Source of the DNA: Balanoglossus misakiensis
Taxonomy: Eukaryota > Animalia > Hemichordata
Length of the DNA stretch: 64,000 bases
Direction: 5' to 3'
Assembly: GCA_040954595.2 (NCBI GenBank)
Contig: CM082592.2
Coordinates: forward strand, 10,796,017 to 10,860,016
Made by a program: the position numbers and the translations under genes
Notes under the pieces: model-generated
The model's input: only the letters and a program-made list of their open reading frames with translations
Told to the model about the DNA's origin: nothing
Databases searched by the model: none
In this document: piece by piece, positions 54,901 through 64,000 of the stretch
Layout: each line of letters begins with the position of its first letter
How positions within the stretch are numbered: the stretch's first letter is position 1

Positions 54901-57900
54901 TAACTCTACGTATGCCTTTCACTTCACAGGAATATGCACTATTACAAGATGGACATGTAACAGTCGATGGCACAGATGTAACTCTACCCTATATGGACAC
55001 AGATGATATGGTACTCATAAAATCTGCAGGCCGATATGTGGTAATGTCACTTGTTTCAATCTTGTCAATTCTAATAGGAGAGCTTTCAGAACTATACCGG
55101 TACTGTTCGTGCTGCCCAACCTTTATTGATTGTTTCCTTGTGCATTGATTTCAGAAACTTATCACTGATTTTGGACTTGTGGCACTCTGGGATACCAGTT
55201 CCAATATAGTTTTGTATGTACCACACACTTATTGGAACAGAACTTGCGGTCTATGTGGCACTCTTGATGGTGATGAGAACAATGACTTCCTCTCACCTGA
55301 TGGATCACAGGTGAGTCACAATGAACTTTAGCAACTTTGTTAACAGCAAAACAAGTCAAGATATGAATGTCAAAGAATGCTTTCAGTACATGTTTGTCTA
55401 CCATCAACATGATGCATTTTCTGCCTTTGCTTGCAGCTTTTATCAGATGTCTCCTCTTTGATTTTTTCAGGCTGAAAACCAGTGGGAATTTGGTAACAGT
55501 TGGCTTGCCGATGAGTGTGGGGTTATCCCAGAAGACCCAGAACCATGTAAAGATCTGGATGAGTTGATGTTTGCTGATACCAACAGAAGCTGTAGTCGTT
55601 TACTGGATCCCTTGGGTAGGCAAAATCTTTGATTTTGTCTTTGCACCTAAGTTGTCATTTCTTTTCCTCTTCAAGGGCACAATATCCCCCTGCCTCTCTG
55701 TTCATATGTGGAGTAATTAAAGCTATATTTGCTCGTATTTGCAGGTCCATTTGCTGGTTGCCACGACAGAGTAAACCCACGGCCCTACTTTGAGACTTGT
55801 CTCTATGATATGTGTGCCTTGCCTGGAAACACTTCCCTGTGTGACAATCTCGAAGGCTATGCCAGAAGTTGTCAGGAGAACGGAGGAAGTCTTGAAGATT
55901 GGAGAAAGCTTCTGTGTCGTAAGTTACTAGCTATTGCTGCCATTTTAAAGCGCTTAGAATGACTGCAGAGTGCTTCATAACAGTTTTGCTGTCACACTAT
56001 CAAAGTACCAAAAATTCTTTGATCAAACCACATAATGTATGATTCTTTCTCGCAGCCATTGAATGCAAGGCACCTGCAGTATACAAATTGTTGACATCTG
56101 CCTGCCCTGCTACCTGTCGCAATCCAAATGCTGGGAGAAGGTGCTCTGAAAAACCACTTGAAGGATGTGAGTGTCCTGAGGGAACACTTTTGGATGGAGA
56201 TAGATGTGTGCCACCTGACCATTGTGGTTGTAGATATAAAGGAAAAATCTATGAGGTACGTATCCTACCAGTGTTGTCAACTTTCACACAAAAGAGTGCA
56301 TGCCATCATTCTTCGCATTGCACGACTGAAACTGCCTTCATCTTTTTCAATTGACTGATTAACACATCTCTCTGATTGACAGCGTGGCCAAAGCTTCACA
56401 CCAGAAGGCTGTGAAGAGACCTGTGAATGCACAGTTGATGGAGAGACCAAATGTGAGCCCCTTGAATGCGGTGATAATGCCTACTGCGGTTACGATAGTC
56501 AAGACGACTATGGATGTCATTGTTACGCTGGGTACGAGCTGATCGATGAGGAATGTCAACTGAGTAAGTACCTGTATGTGCTCTGATTTGCATTTTTCAA
56601 CATTCCAAATGGCATCTACTGCATCAGAGACTTTGGCTGACACTTTTTTAATTTTGTCCTGCTAGGATACTCTGAATGCACTGCTTGGGGAGATCCACAC
56701 TACATTACCTTTGATGGCAAGAAATACAACTTCCAAGGAACTTGCAGATATATTTTAGCAACTTCCAACTGTAGCATCGGCAAGGAACCAGTATTTGGTG
56801 TGGAAGTGCAAAACCGCAAAGACAAGCCCAGTGACTTAGTCAGCTACACAAGAGAGGTCTACATTACAGTAGCAGGAGTGGTAGGTTCTGTGGTGGCTTT
56901 TCTCATCTTCTTTTGTACAATTACCACTATTTGCTCCACCACTTTGGATAACACTTAACTCTACGTACCGTATGCCTTTCACTTCACAGGAATATGCACT
57001 ATTACAAGATGGACATGTAACAGTCGATGGCACAGATGTAACTCTACCCTATATGGACACAGATGATATGGTACTCATAAAATCTGCAGGCCGATATGTG
57101 GTAATGTCACTTGTTTCAATCTTGTCAATTCTAATAGGAGAGCTTTCAGAACTATACCGGTACTGTTCGTGCTGCCCAACCTTTATTGATTGTTTCCTTG
57201 TGCATTGATTTCAGAAACTTATCACTGATTTTGGACTTGTGGCACTCTGGGATACCAGTTCCAATATAGTTTTGTATGTACCACACACTTATTGGAACAG
57301 AACTTGCGGTCTATGTGGCACTCTTGATGGTGATGAGAACAATGACTTCCTCTCACCTGATGGATCACAGGTGAGTCACAATGAACTTTAGCAACTTTGT
57401 TAACAGCAAAACAAGTCAAGATATGAATGTCAAAGAATGCTTTCAGTACATGTTTGTCTACCATCAACATGATGCATTTTCTGCCTTTGCTTGCAGCTTT
57501 TATCAGATGTCTCCTCTTTGATTTTTTCAGGCTGAAAACCAGTGGGAATTTGGTAACAGTTGGCTTGCCGATGAGTGTGGGGTTATCCCAGAAGACCCAG
57601 AACCATGTAAAGATCTGGATGAGTTGATGTTTGCTGATACCAACAGAAGCTGTAGTCGTTTACTGGATCCCTTGGGTAGGCAAAATCTTTGATTTTGTCT
57701 TTGCACCTAAGTTGTCATTTCTTTTCCTCTTCAAGGGCACAATATCCCCCTGCCTCTCTTTTCATATGTGGAGTAATTAAAGCTATATTTGCTCGTATTT
57801 GCAGGTCCATTTGCTGGTTGCCACGACAGAGTAAACCCACGGCCCTACTTTGAGACTTGTCTCTATGATATGTGTGCCTTGCCTGGAAACACTTCCCTGT

Positions 57901-60900
57901 GTGACAATCTCGAAGGCTATGCCAGAAGTTGTCAGGAGAACGGAGGAAGTCTTGAAGATTGGAGAAAGCTTCTGTGTCGTAAGTTATTAGCTATTGCTGC
58001 CATTTTAAAGCGCTTAGAATGACTGCAGAGTGCTTCATAACAGTTTTGCTGTCACACTATCAAAGTACCAAAAATTCTTTGATCAAACCACATAATGTAT
58101 GATTCTTTCTCGCAGCCATTGAATGCAAGGCACCTGCAGTATACAAATTGTTGACATCTGCCTGCCCTGCTACCTGTCGCAATCCAAATGCTGGGAGAAG
58201 GTGCTCTGAAAAACCACTTGAAGGATGTGAGTGTCCTGAGGGAACACTTTTGGATGGAGATAGATGTGTGCCACCTGACCATTGTGGTTGTAGATATAAA
58301 GGAAAAATCTATGAGGTACGTATCCTACCAGTGTTGTCAACTTTCACACAAAAGAGTGCATGCCATCATTCTTCGCATTGCACGACTGAAACTGCCTTCA
58401 TCTTTTTCAATTGACTGATTAACACATCTCTCTGATTGACAGCGTGGCCAAAGCTTCACACCAGAAGGCTGTGAAGAGACCTGTGAATGCACAGTTGATG
58501 GAGAGACCAAATGTGAGCCCCTTGAATGTGGTGCTAATGCCTACTGCGGTTACGATAGTCAAGACGACTATGGATGTCATTGTTACGCTGGGTACGAGCT
58601 GATCGATGAGGAATGTCAACTGAGTAAGTACCTGTATGTGCTCTGATTTGCATTTTTCAACATTCCAAATGGCATCTACTGCATCAGAGACTTTGGCTGA
58701 CACTTTTTTAATTTTGTCCTGCTAGGATACTCTGAATGCACTGCTTGGGGAGATCCACACTACATTACCTTTGATGGCAAGAAATACAACTTCCAAGGAA
58801 CTTGCAGATATATTTTAGCAACTTCCAACTGTAGCATCGGCAAGGAACCAGTATTTGGTGTGGAAGTGCAAAACCGCAAAGACAAGCCCAGTGACAAAGT
58901 CAGCTACACAAGAGAGGTCTACATTACAGTAGCAGGAGTGGTAGGTTCTGTGGTGGCTTTTCTCATCTTCTTTTGTACAATTACCACTATTTGCTCCACC
59001 ACTTTGGATAACACTTAACTCTACGTATGCCTTTCACTTCACAGGAATATGCACTATTACAAGATGGACATGTAACAGTCGATGGCACAGATGTAACTCT
59101 ACCCTATATGGACACAGATGATATGGTACTCATAAAATCTGCAGGCCGATATGTGGTAATGTCACTTGTTTCAATCTTGTCAATTCTAATAGGAGAGCTT
59201 TCAGAACTATACCGGTACTGTTCGTGCTGCCCAACCTTTATTGATTGTTTCCTTGTGCATTGATTTCAGAAACTTATCACTGATTTTGGACTTGTGGCAC
59301 TCTGGGATACCAGTTCCAATATAGTTTTGTATGTACCACACACTTATTGGAACAGAACTTGCGGTCTATGTGGCACTCTTGATGGTGATGAGAACAATGA
59401 CTTCCTCTCACCTGATGGATCACAGGTGAGTCACAATGAACTTTAGCAACTTTGTTAACAGCAAAACAAGTCAAGATATGAATGTCAAAGAATGCTTTCA
59501 GTACATGTTTGTCTACCATCAACATGATGCATTTTCTGCCTTTGCTTGCAGCTTTTATCAGATGTCTCCTCTTTGATTTTTTCAGGCTGAAAACCAGTGG
59601 GAATTTGGTAACAGTTGGCTTTCCGATGAGTGTGGGGTTATCCCAGAAGACCCAGAACCATGTAAAGATCTGGATGAGTTGATGTTTGCTGATACCAACA
59701 GAAGCTGTAGTCGTTTACTGGATCCCTTGGGTAGGCAAAATCTTTGATTTTGTCTTTGCACCTAAGTTGTCATTTCTTTTCCTCTTCAAGGGCACAATAT
59801 CCCCCTGCCTCTCTGTTCATATGTGGAGTAATTAAAGCTATATTTGCTCGTATTTGCAGGTCCATTTGCTGGTTGCCACGACAGAGTAAACCCACGGCCC
59901 TACTTTGAGACTTGTCTCTATGATATGTGTGCCTTGCCTGGAAACACTTCCCTGTGTGACAATCTCGAAGGCTATGCCAGAAGTTGTCAGGAGAACGGAG
60001 GAAGTCTTGAAGATTGGAGAAAGCTTCTGTGTCGTAAGTTACTAGCTATTGCTGCCATTTTAAAGCGCTTAGAATGACTGCAGAGTGCTTCATAACAGTT
60101 TTGCTGTCACACTATCAAAGTACCAAAGATTCTTTGATCAAACCACATAATGTATGATTCTTTCTCGCAGCCATTGAATGCAAGGCACCTGCAGTATACA
60201 AATTGTTGACATCTGCCTGCCCTGCTACCTGTCGCAATCCAAATGCTGGGAGAAGGTGCTCTGAAAAACCACTTGAAGGATGTGAGTGTCCTGAGGGAAC
60301 ACTTTTGGATGGAGATAGATGTGTGCCACCTGACCATTGTGGTTGTAGATATAAAGGAAAAATCTATGAGGTACGTATCCTACCAGTGTTGTCAACTTTC
60401 ACACAAAAGAGTGCATGCCATCATTCTTCGCATTGCACGACTGAAACTGCCTTCATCTTTTTCAATTGACTGATTAACACATCTCTCTGATTGACAGCGT
60501 GGCCAAAGCTTCACACCAGAAGGCTGTGAAGAGACCTGTGAATGCACAGTTGATGGAGAGACCAAATGTGAGCCCCTTGAATGTGGTGATAATGCCTACT
60601 GCGGTTACGATAGTCAAGACGACTATGGATGTCATTGTTACGCTGGGTACGAGCTGATCGATGAGGAATGTCAACTGAGTAAGTACCTGTATGTGCTCTG
60701 ATTTGCATTTTTCAACATTCCAAATGGCATCTACTGCATCAGAGACTTTGGCTGACACTTTTTTAATTTTGTCCTGCTAGGATACTCTGAATGCACTGCT
60801 TGGGGAGATCCACACTACATTACCTTTGATGGCAAGAAATACAACTTCCAAGGAACTTGCAGATATATTTTAGCAACTTCCAACTGTAGCATCAGCAAGG

Positions 60901-63900
60901 AACCAGTATTTGGTGTGGAAGTGCAAAACCGCAAAGACAAGCCCAGTGACAAAGTCAGCTACACAAGAGAGGTCTACATTACAGTAGCAGGAGTGGTAGG
61001 TTCTGTGGTGGCTTTTCTCATCTTCTTTTGTACAATTACCACTATTTGCTCCACCACTTTGGATAACACTTAACTCTACGTATGCCTTTCACTTCACAGG
61101 AATATGCACTATTACAAGATGGACATGTAACAGTCGATGGCACAGATGTAACTCTACCCTATATGGACACAGATGATATGGTACTCATAAAATCTGCAGG
61201 CCGATATGTGGTAATGTCACTTGTTTCAATCTTGTCAATTCTAATAGGAGAGCTTTCAGAACTATACCGGTACTGTTCGTGCTGCCCAACCTTTATTGAT
61301 TGTTTCCTTGTGCATTGATTTCAGAAACTTATCACTGATTTTGGACTTGTGGCACTCTGGGATACCAGTTCCAATATAGTTTTGTATGTACCACACACTT
61401 ATTGGAACAGAACTTGCGGTCTATGTGGCACTCTTGATGGTGATGAGAACAATGACTTCCTCTCACCTGATGGATCACAGGTGAGTCACAATGAACTTTA
61501 GCAACTTTGTTAACAGCAAAACAAGTCAAGATATGAATGTCAAAGAATGCTTTCAGTACATGTTTGTCTACCATCAACATGATGCATTTTCTGCCTTTGC
61601 TTGCAGCTTTTATCAGATGTCTCCTCTTTGATTTTTTCAGGCTGAAAACCAGTGGGAATTTGGTAACAGTTGGCTTGCCGATGAGTGTGGGGTTATCCCA
61701 GAAGACCCAGAACCATGTAAAGATCTGGATGAGTTGATGTTTGCTGATACCAACAGAAGCTGTAGTCGTTTACTGGATCCCTTGGGTAGGCAAAATCTTT
61801 GATTTTGTCTTTGCACCTAAGTTGTCATTTCTTTTCCTCTTCAAGGGCACAATATCCCCCTGCCTCTCTGTTCATATGTGGAGTAATTAAAGCTATATTT
61901 GCTCGTATTTGCAGGTCCATTTGCTGGTTGCCACGACAGAGTAAACCCACGGCCCTACTTTGAGACTTGTCTCTATGATATGTGTGCCTTGCCTGGAAAC
62001 ACTTCCCTGTGTGACAATCTCGAAGGCTATGCCAGAAGTTGTCAGGAGAACGGAGGAAGTCTTGAAGATTGGAGAAAGCTTCTGTGTCGTAAGTTATTAG
62101 CTATTGCTGCCATTTTAAAGCGCTTAGAATGACTGCAGAGTGCTTCATAACAGTTTTGCTGTCACACTATCAAAGTACCAAAAATTCTTTGATCAAACCA
62201 CATAATGTATGATTCTTTCTCGCAGCCATTGAATGCAAGGCACCTGCAGTATACAAATTGTTGACATCTGCCTGCCCTGCTACCTGTCGCAATCCAAATG
62301 CTGGGAGAAGGTGCTCTGAAAAACCACTTGAAGGATGTGAGTGTCCTGAGGGAACACTTTTGGATGGAGATAGATGTGTGCCACCTGACCATTGTGGTTG
62401 TAGATATAAAGGAAAAATCTATGAGGTACGTATCAATTAAAAGTGTTGTTTTCAAACAAAAGTATGGCAATATGTTCTCCCATATTCAGTACTGAAGTTA
62501 TCATATTCTTTCTCATTTACTCATTTTCCCATCTATATTATCCACAGCGTGGCCACAGCTTCGTGCCAGGAGGCTGTAAAGAGACCTGTGAATGCACAGT
62601 TGATGGAGAGACCAAATGCGAGCCCCTTGAATGCCCTGATAATGCCTACTGTGGTTATGATAGCCAGGAAAACTATGGGTGTCATTGTTTTGCCGGGTAT
62701 GAGTTGATCAATGAGGAATGTCAACTGAGTAAGTACCCTTTCAGCAGCTGGAAATCTGAGTCAGACATTTGCTTACATTTCTTTAGTTTTAAAAAGTTTT
62801 ACAGACATTGAAGAAAAGAAAGATAAAGAGCAGGTAATTGAAAATACCCTTAACTGAAAAAATTTGCTTTTCTCAGATCGTGGAATCTGCAAAGTGTACG
62901 GTGATCCACACTACATCACCTTTGATGGAGTAAAATACAATTTCCAAGGTGATTGTAGTTACATCTTGATGAAGAACTGTGAAAACATTAACACTTATCC
63001 TCCAGTGGAAGTGATAGCTGAAAACATTAAACCAAATCCGTCAGCTCGAGTTTCATTCACAAAGAAAATCATCATCCATGTGTACAATACGGTAAGTTGG
63101 CCAATTTCATATTTCTTTGATTCCATTCCGAAAAATATTTCCACTATTTCATGTTGAGTTGTGTCATTTTAATCATATTTTTATGAATTTTGGTATCTTA
63201 CGACTTCATCCCTATAATAAGTAATAACTGGATAAAGAACTATCACAGAATTGTGTTGAATTGTTTATGGTATCACATGGCCCTACCAAAAGTTTTTATG
63301 CAAATAACAGATCTAATAGTAAGCTTGATTTGTAACAGGAATTTGAATTGATGCTTGATGAAGAAGTGCGTGTGAATGGAACAAAGGTGACATTACCTGT
63401 ACAGCCTATTGATGGTGTAAGAGTCATTTATACGGGGCGTTATATTGTAAGTAACCTATACTGCTGAATTTGGCACAGTTTGAAATCTCTGAAGGAACAG
63501 CACTACATATTATGTTTGTCATCAATACCATGAATATGAACATTGATCACAATCTTATGACACCGATTATTATATAATGTTTACATTGTTTCTGTACTGT
63601 ACTGTACTGTACTGTACTGTAATGTAATGTAATGTAATGTAATGTAATGTAATGTAATGGAATGTAATGTACATGTAATGTAATGTAATGTACTGTACTG
63701 GCTTTTCAGTTTCACAGCACTGTTGATGTTTTAAAGTTCTAATGAGAATACTACAATACACACACAAACTCTGTCTCAGTATGTTTTTGCTGAAGATACA
63801 ACAAGTTAAACTTTCCAAAACTTTGTTGCCGACTTGTCATAATTTGAACATAGATATTTGGGAAGCAGAGAATCAGACATGACAAGTAACTGACGTAGTA

Positions 63901-64000
63901 ATTGTCGACTGACAACCAAAGAATGAACTAGCGACTTGATACTCATATGCATAATACCCATCTTTTGCAGCGCTTAATAACTGACTTTGGGATGTGGGTC
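5829..64000 (+). CDS. Giant secreted multi-VWD/EGF/FN3 protein (IgGFc-binding protein/zonadhesin/alpha-tectorin-like), spliced, 3' end outside window
   Basis: About 149 GT-AG exons join in frame (about 25,050 nt, about 8,350 aa by manual sum). There are 19 VWD starts (C-x-x-x-GDPHY-x-TFD), CGLCG and FGNSW/FGNAW motifs, and C8, TIL, TILa, Ca-binding EGF (DINEC...) and FN3 modules. Confidence 0.88.
6902..7031. mobile_element. Possible degenerate hAT-type MITE remnant in intron 1
   Basis: Imperfect terminal inverted repeats CAGGGGTGTAGC ... GTCACACCACTG around a poly-G run; no target-site duplication seen. Confidence 0.35.
8291..8348 (+). repeat. Short interspersed repeat, copy A
   Basis: catataaactgcctggccacgtgagatctcgtcgggtctcgtggagttcggaaaatgg matches the reverse complement of 20249-20305 with a few mismatches. 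Confidence 0.75.
13989..15678 (+). CDS. Six single-EGF exons (N-terminal EGF block)
   Basis: Phase 1-1 exons 13989-14126, 14340-14453, 14747-14866, 15004-15120, 15339-15461, 15565-15678, each with 6-Cys EGF spacing (e.g. [17 protein letters not shown]...GWTGVNCE; [16 protein letters not shown]). Confidence 0.9.
14926..14949. repeat. (GT)n microsatellite
   Basis: Pure TG run in the intron between EGF exons. Confidence 0.9.
15807..19478 (+). CDS. Cassette 1: VWD-C8-TIL-TILa-EGF (7 exons)
   Basis: Exons 15807-16012, 16134-16244, 16378-16533, 17096-17243, 18555-18749, 18838-19043, 19301-19478; motifs [28 protein letters not shown]; 10-Cys TIL. Confidence 0.9.
18279..18397 (-). mobile_element. 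Probable pogo/Tc1-mariner-type MITE terminus
   Basis: Ends in CAGGTTTGACTG|TA (reverse complement TA|CAGTCAAACCTG), preceded by subterminal short repeats (ggccttaatagacaggtggcctttatagaca; gtggtcactatacagagatggcc). It lies in an enlarged 1.3 kb intron. The other terminus was not clearly found. Confidence 0.5.
19749..20752 (+). CDS. Five EGF domains (one double-EGF exon plus three single)
   Basis: Exons 19749-19967, 20104-20217, 20372-20488, 20639-20752 ([36 protein letters not shown]). Confidence 0.88.
20249..20305 (-). repeat. Short interspersed repeat, copy B (inverted relative to A)
   Basis: Reverse complement reads catataaactgcctagtcacgcgagatctcacgagtctcgttgagttcggaaaatgg. Confidence 0.75.
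20897..24452 (+). CDS. Cassette 2: VWD-C8-TIL-TILa-EGF (7 exons)
   Basis: Exons 20897-21111, 21389-21496, 21669-21824, 22004-22166, 23252-23434, 23683-23885, 24278-24452; motifs [37 protein letters not shown]. Confidence 0.9.
21936..21986. repeat. (GAT)17 microsatellite
   Basis: 17 perfect GAT units in an intron, ending 17 nt before the exon at 22004. Confidence 0.95.
24732..26275 (+). CDS. Six EGF domains (one double-EGF exon plus four single)
   Basis: Exons 24732-24962, 25061-25174, 25531-25644, 25930-26055, 26162-26275 ([50 protein letters not shown]). Confidence 0.88.
26512..27302 (+). CDS. FN3 pair 1 (two exons)
   Basis: Exons 26512-26823 and 26982-27302 with FN3 hallmarks ([30 protein letters not shown]; [26 protein letters not shown]). 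Confidence 0.82.
27559..30036 (+). CDS. Cassette 3: VWD-C8-TIL-TILa-EGF (7 exons)
   Basis: Exons 27559-27773, 28041-28148, 28451-28603, 28745-28898, 29113-29289, 29431-29630, 29859-30036; motifs [28 protein letters not shown]. Confidence 0.9.
30205..31055 (+). CDS. FN3 pair 2 (two exons)
   Basis: Exons 30205-30504 and 30738-31055 ([30 protein letters not shown]; [29 protein letters not shown]). Confidence 0.82.
31217..33793 (+). CDS. Cassette 4: VWD-C8-TIL-TILa-EGF (7 exons)
   Basis: Exons 31217-31440, 31564-31710, 31930-32085, 32241-32391, 32751-32933, 33139-33338, 33613-33793; motifs [28 protein letters not shown]. Confidence 0.9.
34062..36010 (+). CDS. Array copy 1 exons (VWD-C8-TIL-TILa-EGF, 394 codons); the same layout recurs in copies 2-14
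   Basis: Exons 34062-34276, 34382-34492, 34602-34757, 34918-35062, 35192-35365, 35503-35702, 35830-36010 total 1182 nt, phase 1 at both ends; motifs [39 protein letters not shown]. Confidence 0.92.
34062..62434 (+). repeat. Coding tandem array: 14 copies (13 complete, last lacking its final two introns/identical last exon) of a ~2055 bp 7-exon unit
   Basis: First exon of each copy starts at 34062, 36113, 38168, 40223, 42278, 44333, 46389, 48444, 50500, 52555, 54611, 56666, 58726, 60781. The ORF track repeats the same peptides at 2050-2060 bp spacing. Exons and introns are near-identical between copies. Confidence 0.97.
62548..62728 (+). CDS. Diverged TILa-EGF exon completing array copy 14
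   Basis: [60 protein letters not shown] is the same length as the array exon but has many substitutions, and its flanking introns are unrelated. Confidence 0.9.
62877..64000 (+). CDS. Start of 19th VWD domain (diverged, truncated by window edge)
   Basis: Exons 62877-63091 ([16 protein letters not shown]), 63339-63446, and 63971->64000 ([10 protein letters not shown]). Confidence 0.88.
63593..63700. repeat. Compound (TGTAC)n/(TGTAA)n pentanucleotide microsatellite
   Basis: tgtactgtac...tgtaatgtaa...tgtactg in an intron of the last VWD. Confidence 0.9.

Noticed and set aside
34062-62434. Array as CRISPR, non-coding satellite or tandem family of separate genes
   Set aside because: Units are 2 kb, contain spliceable in-frame exons, and have no start, signal peptide, stop or spacer structure of their own. 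They are internal repeats of one gene.
34609-62470. Recurrent minus-strand ORFs (MLMVDKHV..., MVRWHTSI..., MSAKVSDA..., MQIRAHTG...)
   Set aside because: They are antisense shadows of the real exons and recur only because the DNA is repeated; no recognisable motifs.
63570-63818. ORF with YITLH repeats
   Set aside because: It is the translation of the intronic pentanucleotide microsatellite.
1-64000. Prokaryotic systems, tRNA/rRNA genes, intact transposase or reverse transcriptase
   Set aside because: The DNA is spliceosomal-intron-rich animal sequence. I saw no long uninterrupted ORF or recognisable structural RNA, though a covariance-model scan was not possible.

Overview
Eukaryotic (animal, probably marine invertebrate) genomic DNA with short GT-AG introns and two head-to-head genes. 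On the minus strand (29-2628) are the first seven coding exons of an ACAD10 orthologue (HAD-like plus aminoglycoside-phosphotransferase-like domains; the gene runs off the left edge). On the plus strand (5829 to >64000) is one giant secreted cysteine-rich gene of the FCGBP/zonadhesin/tectorin class. By manual splicing it has about 149 exons and about 8,350 codons in the window, with no stop seen: signal peptide, EGFx6, [VWD-C8-TIL-TILa-EGF], EGFx5, [cassette], EGFx6, FN3x2, [cassette], FN3x2, [cassette], then 14 near-identical cassettes, then a 19th diverged VWD cut by the right edge. The most striking structure is a ~28.4 kb tandem array (34062-62434) of a ~2055 bp, 7-exon, 394-codon unit whose introns are as conserved as its exons and whose few variants are shuffled in a mosaic and mostly change amino acids. 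Other oddities are FN3 exons ending in a half-EGF loop, paired loss of one TIL disulfide, a GDPH autocleavage motif in all 19 VWDs, and small repeat/MITE remnants in introns. All coordinates and counts were read by eye.
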